A DNA stretch of 64,000 nucleotides from Eledone cirrhosa. Lineage: Eukaryota. Below the pieces are notes generated by a model that searched no databases, was not told the origin of the DNA, and saw only the letters and a list, made by a program, of their open reading frames with translations. Below are positions 1 through 11,376 of this stretch, in pieces. Positions within the stretch are counted from its first letter, which is position 1, and every line of letters begins with the position of its first letter. The translations under genes and the position numbers were made by a program. Where the stretch lies: positions 91,016,001 to 91,080,000 of the forward strand of contig OZ024743.1 in NCBI GenBank assembly GCA_964016885.1. The letters are read 5' to 3'.

Positions 1-61
1 TTTACCAAATCGGTTTCAAGTCTCAAAAATAAATGGATTTCATATTCTCCAAGTGAAAAGA

Positions 62-148
62 ACCTTCTGACGAGAGTTTATCTTTTCAATGGAAGGCCGC
101 AAGGACTGTCCATTTATTTTTGAAACTCGAAACCGATTCGGTAAAGGT
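62..148 (+). ncRNA. Type I hammerhead ribozyme
   Basis: acctt-CTGACGA-gagttt...aaactc-GAAA-ccgattcgg-TA-aaggt; stems I, II and III all pair; GUA cleavage triplet. Confidence 0.85.
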
Positions 149-547
149 AACCATAGTGAGTACAGTGAATTTTTTTAAATTTATTTTGAAACTTTTTCTT
201 ATTTGCTAAATCTTGATTATATATGTTCTGGCTCGTTAATTTATTAACCTGCCATTGAACCACATTGGCATATGGTTGGACAATACATGTGTCCCTGGAC
301 GCTTTTTGCGTGTAGGGATATATACTTTATTATTATTATTCTCCCCTTGATCGAGAAAAAATTTGGTCGTTTTGACTGCTGCTATTTATAGTGGTAGTAG
401 ACTGACCTCCCTGCCTCTGCTTCTATCTTTACACTCGGCACTGGACAGAATTGCTTCCACATCATTCATTCTCATCTCAGGAACAATTTTGAATAGCGCC
501 AGTTCGTAATTTGAACTCGGGAATTTTATATTCTCCGAGTGAAAAGA

Positions 548-634
548 ACCTTCTGACGAGGGTTTATCTTTTCAATGGAAGGCCGCAAGGACTGTCCATT
601 TATTTTTGAGACTCGAAACCGATTCAGTAAAGGT
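548..634 (+). ncRNA. Type I hammerhead ribozyme (second copy, one stem III mismatch)
   Basis: acctt-CTGACGA-gggttt...agactc-GAAA-ccgattcag-TA-aaggt. Confidence 0.75.
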
Positions 635-701
635 AACCATAGTGAGTACAGTGAATTTTTTGAAATTTATTTTGAAACTTTTTCTTATTTGCTAAACCTT
701 G

Positions 702-742
<41 letters not shown>

Positions 743-769
743 CACGCAGAAACTAAAGCATATAGACAG

Positions 770-1012
770 TATGCCCTTACCCAACTCCCATTGTAAAGTG
801 GTCCTGTAGGCACCATGATAAAAAGCACCCAGTAGTCACTGTAAATGAGGTTGGTGTTAGGAAGGGCATCCAGCTGTAGAAATCAAACCAAAATCAGTTC
901 TGTATGAACAAGACATAGTCACCTGACCTGGCATTGCCCACAACAGAACAATTCGTCTAATCCATGCTAGTGTGGAAGAATGGACATAAACCGGTGATAA
1001 TGATGATGATGA
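770..1012 (+). mobile_element. RTE LINE 3' UTR fragment with (GAT)n tail
   Basis: Similar to 9950-10172; ends in gatgatgat. Confidence 0.7.
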
Positions 1013-1144
1013 TATGTATATATATAGTTGCAGAAGAGTGTTGTTTATCTTAGTTGTTATGTTGCAACTTCCTGAGGATAAACAGATCCTAGCGATCCAA
1101 AGCACTTCACATCAGTAGTTTATCCCAGGTATATCTCTCTCTCT

Positions 1145-1204
<60 letters not shown>

Positions 1205-1314
1205 GCAGCCAGGCAAACATACACACAGATAGACATATATAGAGACAGTTACAGAGATAGAGGGACTCTTTGACCCAAATGTATAGATAGTAATTGTAAA
1301 GTAACAATATATAA

Positions 1315-1498
1315 TTGTTTCTACTTTTGGCACAAGGCCAGCAATTATCCCAGTGTATTACTGGTACTTTATTTTATGGACCCCGTCAGGATGAAAGGCA
1401 AAGTTAACCTCGGCGGGATTTGAACTCAGACCATAAAGGGCCGTAACTCTTTGCTGCAAAGCATGCCGTCTGACCCTCTACCGATACTGCCAATCCAC
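1315..1498 (-). mobile_element. tRNA-derived SINE (Meta-domain-like)
   Basis: A box TGGCAGTATCGG, B box GAGTTCAAATC, then gaggttaactttgcctttcatcc...aaataaaagtaccag; related copies at 4990-5330, 45345-45512 and 50019-50207. Confidence 0.75.
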
Positions 1499-1502
1499 AA
1501 TA

Positions 1503-4392
1503 TAACAATATATAATATGTAGTGTATCCTTACCACCAATATGGTATAAACAGTAACAATATATAATATGTAGTGTATCCTTACCACCAATATGGTATAA
1601 ACAGTAACAATATATATGTAGTGTATCCTTACCACCAATATGGTATAAACAGTAACAATATATATGTAGTGTATCCTTACCACCAATATGGTATAAACAG
1701 TAACAATATATATATGTAGTGTATCCTTACCACCAATATGGTATGAACAGTAACAATATATATGTAGTGTATCCTTACCACCAATAGGGTATAAACAGTA
1801 ACAATATATAATATGTAGTGTATCCTTACCACCAATATGGTATAAACAGTAACAATATATAATATGTAGTGTATCCTTACCACCAATATGGTATAAACAG
1901 TAACAATATATAATATGTAGTGTATCCTTACCACCAATAGGGTATAAACACTAACAATATATAATATGTAGTGTATCCTTACCACCAATATGGTATAAAC
2001 ACTAACAATATATATGTAGTGTATCCTTACCACCAATAGGGTATAAACAGTAACAATATATAATATGTAGTGTATCCTTACCACCAATATGGCATAAACA
2101 CTAACAATATATATGTAGTGTATCCTTACCACCAATATGGTATAAACAGTAACAATATATAATATGTAGTGTATCCTTACCACCAATATGGTATAAACAG
2201 TAACAATATATAATATGTAGTGTATCCTTACCACCAATATGGTATAAACACTAACAATATATATGTAGTGTATCCTTACCACCAATATGGTATAAACAGT
2301 AACAATATATATGTAGTGTATCCTTACCACCAATATGGTATAAACACTAACAATATATAATATGTAGTGTATCCTTACCACCAATAGGGTATAAACAGTA
2401 ACAATATATAATATGTAGTGTATCCTTACCACCAATATGGTATAAACACTAACAATATATATGTAGTGTATCCTTACCACCAATATGGTATAAACACTAA
2501 CAATATATAATATGTAGTGTATCCTTACCACCAATAGGGTATAAACAGTAACAATATATATGTAGTGTATCCTTACCACCAATATGGTATAAACACTAAC
2601 AATATATATGTAGTGTATCCTTACCACCAATATGGTATAAACACTAACAATATATAATATGTAGTGTATCCTTACCACCAATAGGGTATAAACAGTAACA
2701 ATATATAATATGTAGTGTATCCTTACCACCAATAGGGTATAAACAGTAACAATATATAATATGTAGTGTATCCTTACCACCAATATGGTATAAACACTAA
2801 CAATATATATGTAGTGTATCCTTACCACCAATATGGTATAAACAGTAACAATATATAATATGTAGTGTATCCTTACCACCAATATGGTATAAACACTAAC
2901 AATATATATGTAGTGTATCCTTACCACCAATATGGTATAAACAGTAACAATATATAATATGTAGTGTATCCTTACCACCAATATGGTATAAACACTAACA
3001 ATATATATGTAGTGTATCCTTACCACCAATATGGTATAAACAGTAACAATATATAATATGTAGTGTATCCTTACCACCAATATGGTATAAACAGTAACAA
3101 TATATAATATGTAGTGTATCCTTACCACCAATATGGTATAAACACTAACAATATATATGTAGTGTATCCTTACCACCAATATGGTATAAACACTAACAAT
3201 ATATAATATGTAGTGTATCCTTACCACCAATATGGTATAAACAGTAACAATATATAATATGTAGTGTATCCTTACCACCAATATGGTATAAACACTAACA
3301 ATATATAATATGTAGTGTATCCTTACCACCAATATGGTATAAACACTAACAATATATAATATGTAGTGTATCCTTACCACCAATATGGTATAAACAGTAA
3401 CAATATATATGTAGTGTATCCTTACCACCAATATGGTATAAACACTAACAATATATATGTAGTGTATCCTTACCACCAATAGGGTATAAACAGTAACAAT
3501 ATATAATATGTAGTGTATCCTTACCACCAATATGGTATAAACACTAACAATATATATGTAGTGTATCCTTACCACCAATATGGTATAAACACTAACAATA
3601 TATAATATGTAGTGTATCCTTACCACCAATAGGGTATAAACAGTAACAATATATAATATGTAGTGTATCCTTACCACCAATATGGTATAAACACTAACAA
3701 TATATATGTAGTGTATCCTTACCACCAATATGGTATAAACACTAACAATATATAATATGTAGTGTATCCTTACCACCAATAGGGTATAAACAGTAACAAT
3801 ATATAATATGTAGTGTATCCTTACCACCAATAGGGTATAAACAGTAACAATATATAATATGTAGTGTATCCTTACCACCAATATGGTATAAACACTAACA
3901 ATATATATGTAGTGTATCCTTACCACCAATATGGTATAAACAGTAACAATATATAATATGTAGTGTATCCTTACCACCAATATGGTATAAACACTAACAA
4001 TATATATGTAGTGTATCCTTACCACCAATATGGTATAAACAGTAACAATATATAATACGTAGTGTATCCTTACCACCAATATGGTATAAACACTAACAAT
4101 ATATATGTAGTGTATCCTTACCACCAATATGGTATAAACAGTAACAATATATAATATGTAGTGTATCCTTACCACCAATATGGTATAAACAGTAACAATA
4201 TATAATATGTAGTGTATCCTTACCACCAATATGGTATAAACAGTAACAATATATAATATGTAGTGTATCCTTACCACCAATATGGTATAAACACTAACAA
4301 TATATAATATGTAGTGTATCCTTACCACCAATATGGTATAAACAGTAACAATATATAATATGTAGTGTATCCTTACCACCAATAGGGTATAA
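1503..4392. repeat. Minisatellite, ~58 units of 51/48 bp, derived from the exon-4 3' end plus splice donor
   Basis: Unit taacaatata(taa)tatgtagtgtatccttaccaccaatatggtataaacag; on the minus strand each unit contains tattggtg|GTAAGG. Confidence 0.97.
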
Positions 4393-4545
4393 AAAATAGA
4401 CAGATGAGGCTGATAGTCAATACAAGATGGTGCCAATCCCGTACAAAATAACTGAGTGCAGCAAGAAGCATGGCAGCAACACTAAAGACACAGTGAAGAA
4501 TAAAGCCAAACATCATACGGTACTTTGGTCCAATAATTTCCATTA
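4377..4545 (-). CDS. SLC22-like transporter, coding exon 4 (169 bp); gene continues beyond the window start
   Basis: ctctctatag acceptor; (V)MEIIGPKYRMMFGFILHCVFSVAAMLLAALSYFVRDWHHLVLTISLICLFFIPYW(W); GTAAGG donor. Confidence 0.9.
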
Positions 4546-4989
4546 CTATAGAGAGACAGAGAGAGGAACAGTGTCAATGGTGAGATGGTATATAATGGTA
4601 AAGGATGGTATGGTATGTTATGAAATGGTACGGTGTGATATGAGATGGTACAGTACGGTATGGTATTGTATCATATCAATGGTGGCAGTGGTATGAAATA
4701 TGTTTGTGGTTATGGTAATGGTATGGTAAGGTATGTTTGTGGTGCTGGTAGTTGTATGGTGTGGGATGGTATGATATGGTATGGTATATGTGTGTGGTAC
4801 TGGTGGTAGCATTGTATGATATGTTTGTGGTGGTGGTTGTATTGTATTGAATGTTAGTAGTGATGGCAGTAGTATCATGTGGTGTTAGTGGTCATATGGT
4901 GTGGTGGTGTGGTGGTATGTATACGGTTTCAGGCAATTTAGTATCAAAAATGTTAAAAGATGAATATTTGTCTCTTATAGGCTTAATGA

Positions 4990-5330
4990 TAATGGTTTCT
5001 TATATAGGCACAAGGCTAGCAATTTTGGAGGAGGGGAAAGTGACTGGTACTTTATTTTATCAACCCCCGTAAGGATGAAAGGCAAAGTTAACCTCGGTGG
5101 GATTTGAACTTAGACCGTAACTCTATGCTGCAAAGCATGGGGTCCAACGCTCTACCGATACTGCCAATACACCGCCCTTAATAATAATGATGGCTTCTAA
5201 TTTAGACACAAGGTCAGCAATTTTGGGGAAGGGAGAAGTAATATCAACCCCAGTAATTAACTGTATTTTATTTTATTGACCCTGAAAGGATAAAAGACAA
5301 AGTTGACCATGGCAGGATTTAAACTCATCT
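4990..5330 (-). mobile_element. Two tandem copies of the same tRNA-SINE
   Basis: Similar to 1315-1498. Confidence 0.7.
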
Positions 5331-5337
5331 TACAAGC

Positions 5338-6572
5338 TTAACCCATTAGTTATCAAACCAGTCAAAACCAGCTCTGGTTCTATGAAATAAAACCATCCAT
5401 TTTAAAGGTTTCCTATTTATATTAAAATCTTCCAACATAATTTTATATAAAACCTTACATTAAGTTACTATCTTAGTAATGAAACAATTAATAATTTAAG
5501 TAAATCCCTAAAAATTCTTCATTAATTAATTAACCCTTTAGTTACCAACCCGGCCAAAACCGGCTCTGGTTCTATGAAATAAAACCACCTATTTCAAAGG
5601 TTTCCAATGTAAATTAAAATCTCTCAACATACTTTTATATATAAGAGCCTTACATTAACTCTTTAGCATTCACATTATTTTATATATACTATTATATTTT
5701 CATGGTAAAGGCTTTACCTCACATAATTATCTCACATAATATCGAATCTATGAGATTTTGAAAGTATTCATTTTGAGAACAATACCGTAACATCAGATTG
5801 AACGACCAGTTGCAGCCAGTTTCAACAGAAAGAGGTAGAGAATTTTGGCCGGTTTGAACACTAAAGGGTTAAGTTTACTATCTTAGTAATAAAATAATTA
5901 ATAATTTTAGTAAATCCCTCACAATTCTTCATTAATTAATTAAAATAGAGTGTATTTCATTAGAAATGTAGTTATGAAAGGGTTAATAATAAGACAACAG
6001 CTTATCACTGGCTTCGTCACTTCCATTACTATAATTCTAATGGAAGACACAACCTATGATTTTCAAAGAATTTTGAAAATAGTAAAAAATTTAGGAATAT
6101 TTAGTAATATAACAAAGTTTGTCATTATTAAGCTGGCGTTTGGAGCATACGAAAGTTATTACATAAAATTATGATAGAATATTTTTAGATAAATATATAC
6201 ATTTTAAAAGAAAGTTTTGTATCACAAAACTAAGAAACTGTTTCAGGCAGTTTGGTATCAAAAGTGTTAAAAGGTGAAACTTTGTCTCTTGTAGGCTTAA
6301 TACCAAGAAAACAAGGCCTAACACCAGTATTAAAAGCTTCTTCAGAGTTTAACTCTTTAGCATCTAAACTGGCTGTATACGACCAGAATTCTTTCCCCTT
6401 TTTGAAACTGGCAGTAACCAGCAGCTCACACCGACGTAAAGATATCATTCTTAAAATAAATAATATCAAAATCCCATAGACTCGAGATTATGTGAAATAT
6501 TTATGTGAGATAAAGCCTTTACCATGAATATACAATAGTAAATATAGAGTAACGTAAATGCTAAAGGGTTAA
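5338..6572. mobile_element. Cluster of TTAA-flanked MITEs (piggyBac-like ends)
   Basis: Repeated ttaaccc/ttaactctttag ... ctaaagggttaa termini; 5657-5872 and 6349-6572 are inverted homologues. Confidence 0.5.
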
Positions 6573-6652
6573 GAGACAGATATATGAGACTGACTTATTA
6601 CATATAGTATAAGATATCAAGAGTAAGTGTAGAGAGAGCAGTTAAACATTAC

Positions 6653-6807
6653 CTATGATGAATCCACAGGCATAGATGCCAGATTGAGAGACACCATGTA
6701 AGAAGTAGAAGATAATGAACATCCACACATCCCTTGATAAAACTACGATACATCCTGTCACCAGAACACAGAAGAGGGACATGAAAAATCCAAATCTGCG
6801 TCCAAAT
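6653..6807 (-). CDS. SLC22-like transporter, coding exon 3 (155 bp)
   Basis: ctttgtag acceptor; (R)FGRRFGFFMSLFCVLVTGCIVVLSRDVWMFIIFYFLHGVSQSGIYACGFII; GTAAT donor; completes MFS motif A (G-x-L-S-D-R-F-G-R-R). Confidence 0.92.
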
Positions 6808-7369
6808 CTACAAAGAAAGAAAGAGAGAATGAGAGCAAAAGTGTGTGTGTATGTGTAAGAGAGAGAGAAAGAGGGAGGGGTAGAGAGAGAGATAGAGAGA
6901 GAGAGAGAAAGGAAACACAGAGAATAAGGAGGTAAACAGAGAGAGAGAAAGGAGATGAAAAGAAAGTGTGAGAGGAGTGAAGGAGAACAAAGATGTATAA
7001 TGAATATATGGAGGGTAGGAGAGTGATGTGATGGTATGGGAGAGAGTAAGGGAGGAGAGAAAATGAATAGTGGCTACATGGTTGGTTGTTGGTAGGAGAT
7101 TTGACTAGACAACTGTAAGAGGAGGGTAAAGAGGGGAGAGTGAAAGATAGCAAGAGGAATGGGCAAGGGTAAGTGGCAGATGTCATCCATGAACCATGGA
7201 GGAGGAAGAACGACGGCCAGGGACAGCTGACAGGAGTAGGGCCAGATTTAATGGGGAAGGCAAACGGGGCAAATGCTCCGGGCCCCCCACAGTAGGAGTG
7301 CCCCACGAGCGACGGCTGTAGCAATGCCACCCATTGGGAGATAAATGAAAACTAGATGGTTGGAGAGGT

Positions 7370-7952
7370 ATAATGATAAAATATGCTACCTAGGTGACCT
7401 AATTAGCAGTGGAAGGTCTTCTAACGACTCCCAATTTGCTGCTCTATTAGCATAGTAGGTAGAAAAAGAATGGTAAAAGTTCAAGGAGCTACTAACTCTG
7501 TTAAAACAAAATGATTCTCTCTACAGCTTTTGGCATGATGCCTGTATGTGATGTGATGCTGCATGATAGTGAAACATGGGCAGTGAATGTAGATGATATG
7601 CAAAAACTGACAAGAAATGAAGTGAGCATGCTTTAATGTGCATGGACAATGAAGCATGGATGAACTGAGAGAAAAAAACTGGGTATAAGAGGAATCAGAT
7701 ATAATGTGCAAGAAAGAAGACTGCACTGGTATGGATATGTGATGTATATGGATGATGATTGCTGGGTGAAGAAGTACCAAGAAATTCCAGTAGAAGGAAG
7801 CCACAGTAGAGGATGACCAAAGGTGAGCTGGTTAGAGGTGGTGAGAGTTGATAATGAATCACAGAGGAGATGAGGAAGGACTGCAATGAAAAGACCCATC
7901 CAACCCATGCAAGCATGGAAAGAGGATGTAAAATAGTGATGATGATGATGAG
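7370..7952 (+). mobile_element. Degenerate RTE LINE 3' fragment
   Basis: Decayed similarity to 9285-10172; (GAT)n tail. Confidence 0.6.
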
Positions 7953-8144
7953 GAGGGGGTCTAGTAGCAATAGAGGGATCCAGTATGAATTGGCCAGATG
8001 CCATATCGTGCTTCATGACTGGGGTGTAGAAATGGTACGATAGATAGGTGAGGGAAGGCAGGTAGAAAGATGCAAGGGTGGATTAGATAAAGGCAGTAGA
8101 TGGAGAAAGGATGCATACACACATAAAATAGAAGAATTAGTTAC

Positions 8145-8248
8145 CTGTCAGAGAGCTGGCCAAAGAGCGCACAACCAAAGATACGTCCGCTCAGAAAGAC
8201 TGCTTTGATATTACTCACAAACTTTCGTTTATCACATACCAAATTGAA
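8145..8248 (-). CDS. SLC22-like transporter, coding exon 2 (104 bp)
   Basis: ttttaacag acceptor; FNLVCDKRKFVSNIKAVFLSGRIFGCALFGQLSD(R); GTAAC donor; phase matches exon 1. Confidence 0.92.
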
Positions 8249-8513
8249 CTGTTAAAATAAGGGGAGATAAAAAAGGAAAATATAAAATTTAAAGAAAAAA
8301 ACATTGACATGACAGCTTATTTTCTTTCGTTTGGTCTCGCTTGGGAGTCCAGTCGCCTCAATTGAAGATGGTTGCTTCTGACTGAACACACGGTTACACA
8401 TAAACACACACATACATATATATACATACATACACACACACATAGATATATATATAAAATTGTATGAGTATATAGGCGTTCTTCGATTTCTTTTACATAT
8501 ATATATATATATA

Positions 8514-10172
8514 TGGGATGCAATTTGGGTTTGTACCAGGAAGAGGCACCACTGATGCCCTCTTCCTTGTGAGGCAGTTACAGGAAAAGTACCTAGCTAA
8601 AAGTAAGCTACTCCACCTGGCATTCGTCGATCTCGAGAAAGCCTTTGACAGAGTTCCCTGTGCTATAATCTGTTGGGCTCTTAGAAAACTAGGAGTAGAT
8701 GAATGGCTTGTGAAAGCTGTACAAGCCATGTATAGGGGAGCAGTCAGCAAAGTTAGGATTAGCAATGAGTATAGCGAGGAATTTAGCATACAGGTCGGTG
8801 TCCACCAGGGCTCTGTTCTTAGCCCTCTCCTGTTCATCATAGTCCTGTAGGCAATAACGGAGGAGTTTAAGACCGGATGCCCATGGGAACTCCTGTATGC
8901 AGATGACCTCGCACTTATAGCTGAATCTATGGTAGAACTAGAGAAGAAATTCCAAACTTGGAAGCAGGGACTAGAAAGAAAGGGTCTCAAAGTCAACCTA
9001 ACAAAGACTAAGGTCCTTGTAAGTAGACGAGAAAACAGAACCCAGATCCTCTCAGGGAAATGGCCTTGCTCAGTATGTAGGAAAGGTGTAGGTAGGAACT
9101 CCATTCTCTGCCCCAAATGCAAACAATGGGTACACAAGAGATGTAGCGGGATCTCAGGAGGCTTAATTAAGAATGTAGGCTTCACATGTAGCAGCTGTGC
9201 TGGGACAGTAAGCAGCAAACAGTCACTGGAAACAAGTACCACCAATCTCTGGGAGGGCTCTGTAGAAACAGTAGACAACTTCTGCTACCTAGGTGACTGA
9301 ATTAGCAGCGGAGGTGGGTGTTCAGAAAGTACAATAACTAGGGTAAGAACGAGATGGAAGAAGTTCAGGGAGCTACTGCCACTGCTAGCTGCAAAAGGCT
9401 TTTCCCTCAAAATGAAAGGCAGACTGTATGATGCGTGTATCCGAACAGCAATGTTAGATGGTAGTGAGACCTGGGCGATGTCTGTGGAAGACTTGCGTAG
9501 ATTAGAAAGAAATGAAGCCTGCATGCTCAGATGGATGTGTAATAGTAATATACGCCAACAGCAAATCATAAATGAATTGAGAGAGAGACTTAGCATAAGA
9601 GGAATCAAATGCTGTGTGCAGGAGAGGCGGTTGCGTTCGTATGGACATGTGATGCATATGAAGGATGACAGCTGCATAAAAAGGTGCAGAGCACTGGAAG
9701 TCGATTGAAACTGCGGAGTGGGGAGACCCAAGAACACCTGGGATGAGGAGATAAAAGCCGACCTTACCCAATCACACCTCTCAAAGGCGATGACACACGA
9801 CCATTACCTCTGGCGTCAAGCAGTAATACAGAGTACCCGACCTCCCATGGGTACAAGCCGAAGCTGAAGCATATAGACAATATGGCCCTACACCCTCTCA
9901 CTGCAAAGTGGTCGTGGAGGTGCCACGGCAAAAAAGCACCCAGCCCACACTGTAAAGTGGACGTGTAGGTGCCACGGAAAAAAAGCACCCAGCACTCACT
10001 GTAAATGAGGTTGGTGTTAGGAAGGGCATCCAGCTGTAGAAATCAAGCCAGAATCAGTTCCTGTATGAGCAAGACAAGGTCAGCCGACCAGACACTGCCC
10101 ACAGGACAACCCGTCTAACCCATGCTAGCATGGAAGAACGGACGTAAAACGGTGATGATGATGGTGATGATG
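8514..10172 (+). mobile_element. 5'-truncated RTE-clade LINE (RT with stops) plus 3' UTR and (GAT)n tail
   Basis: QFGFVPGRGTTDA, FVDLEKAFDRV, GVHQGSVLSPLLF, YADD, PHD-like Cys cluster, RRLRxYGHVM. Confidence 0.93.
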
Positions 10173-10259
10173 ATATATATATATAATAGGTTTGACAGTA
10201 AGTTCTCAATGTTTTTCATTTTTTTACTCGAAATAGATTTGCAACCAACATATGTATAT

Positions 10260-10724
10260 ATCATCTTCATCATCACTGTTTTATGTCCATTTTTCCACGC
10301 TAGCATGAGTTAGACGAGTTGTCCAGTTGTGGGCAATGCTAGGTCAGGTGACCATGTCTTGTGCATACAGAACTGATTTTGGCTCGGGTTCTACAGTTGG
10401 ATGCCCTTCCTAATGCCAACTTCATTTCCTGTGAGTACTGGGTGCTTTTTGTCATGACACCTACACGACCGCTTTACAGTGTGGGCTGGGTGCTTTTTGT
10501 CGTGCTTCAGCAATGGCTTGTGCTCCTGGGAAGTCGGGTCTTCTGTATTACGGCATAATGCCAGAGATCTCGGTCCTGTGCCATCACCTTTGAGAGGTGA
10601 AATTGGGCAAGGTCAACTTTTATCACCTCATCCCAAGTCTTCTTGGCTTTCATCATCTTTAAGCGCTCTGCACTTTTTTATACAGCTGTCATCCTTCATA
10701 CGCATCACATATCTACATATATAT

Positions 10725-10768
<44 letters not shown>

Positions 10769-11290
10769 GTATAGTCTTATATATGTATAGTCTTCTACAG
10801 ACAGCGCCCAGCTTTCACTACCACGAACTGCACTGTTATATGGTAGTGAAACCTGAGTGCTGTCTGTAGAAGACTTGCGCAGTTTAGAAAGAAACGAAGC
10901 TTGCATGCTCCGATGGATGTGTAATAGTAATATACGCAAATGGCAAAGCATAAACGAATTGAGAGAGAGACTGAGCATAAGAGGCATCAAATGCTGTGTG
11001 CAGGAGAGGAGGTTATGTTGGTATAGCCATGTGATGCGTATGAAGGATTACAGCTGCATAAAAAGGTGCAGAGCACTAGAAGTCAATGGAAACCGCAGAG
11101 TGGGGAGACCCAAGAAGATCTGGGATGAGGTGATAAAAACCGACCTTACCCAATTGCACCTCTCAAAGGCAATGACACACGACCGTGACCTCTGGTGTCA
11201 CGCAGTAATACAGAAGACCCGACTTCCCACAGGGACAAGCCGAAGCTGAAGCATATAGACCGTAAAATAGTGATGTTAATATATATATCA
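10260..11290. mobile_element. RTE 3' fragments in both orientations separated by (TA)n
   Basis: 10260-10710 on minus, 10820-11270 on plus (MLRWMC...WYSHVMRM). Confidence 0.8.
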
Positions 11291-11298
11291 TCATCATA

Positions 11299-11374
<76 letters not shown>

Positions 11375-11376
<2 letters not shown>

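Larger units (their letters stand above)
39..705 (+). mobile_element. Retrozyme-like element, ~486 bp period, two HHR copies, ends in (TA)n
   Basis: Direct repeat with a 486 bp offset; homologous to 60340-61074; inverted partial copy at 1-37. Confidence 0.75.

Noticed and set aside
1503-4392. CRISPR-like regular repeat
   Set aside because: No unique spacers and a eukaryotic context; it is a plain minisatellite
1677-4436. 919 aa repetitive hydrophobic ORF
   Set aside because: By-product of 48/51 bp units lacking stops in one frame; it is out of frame with the real exon 4
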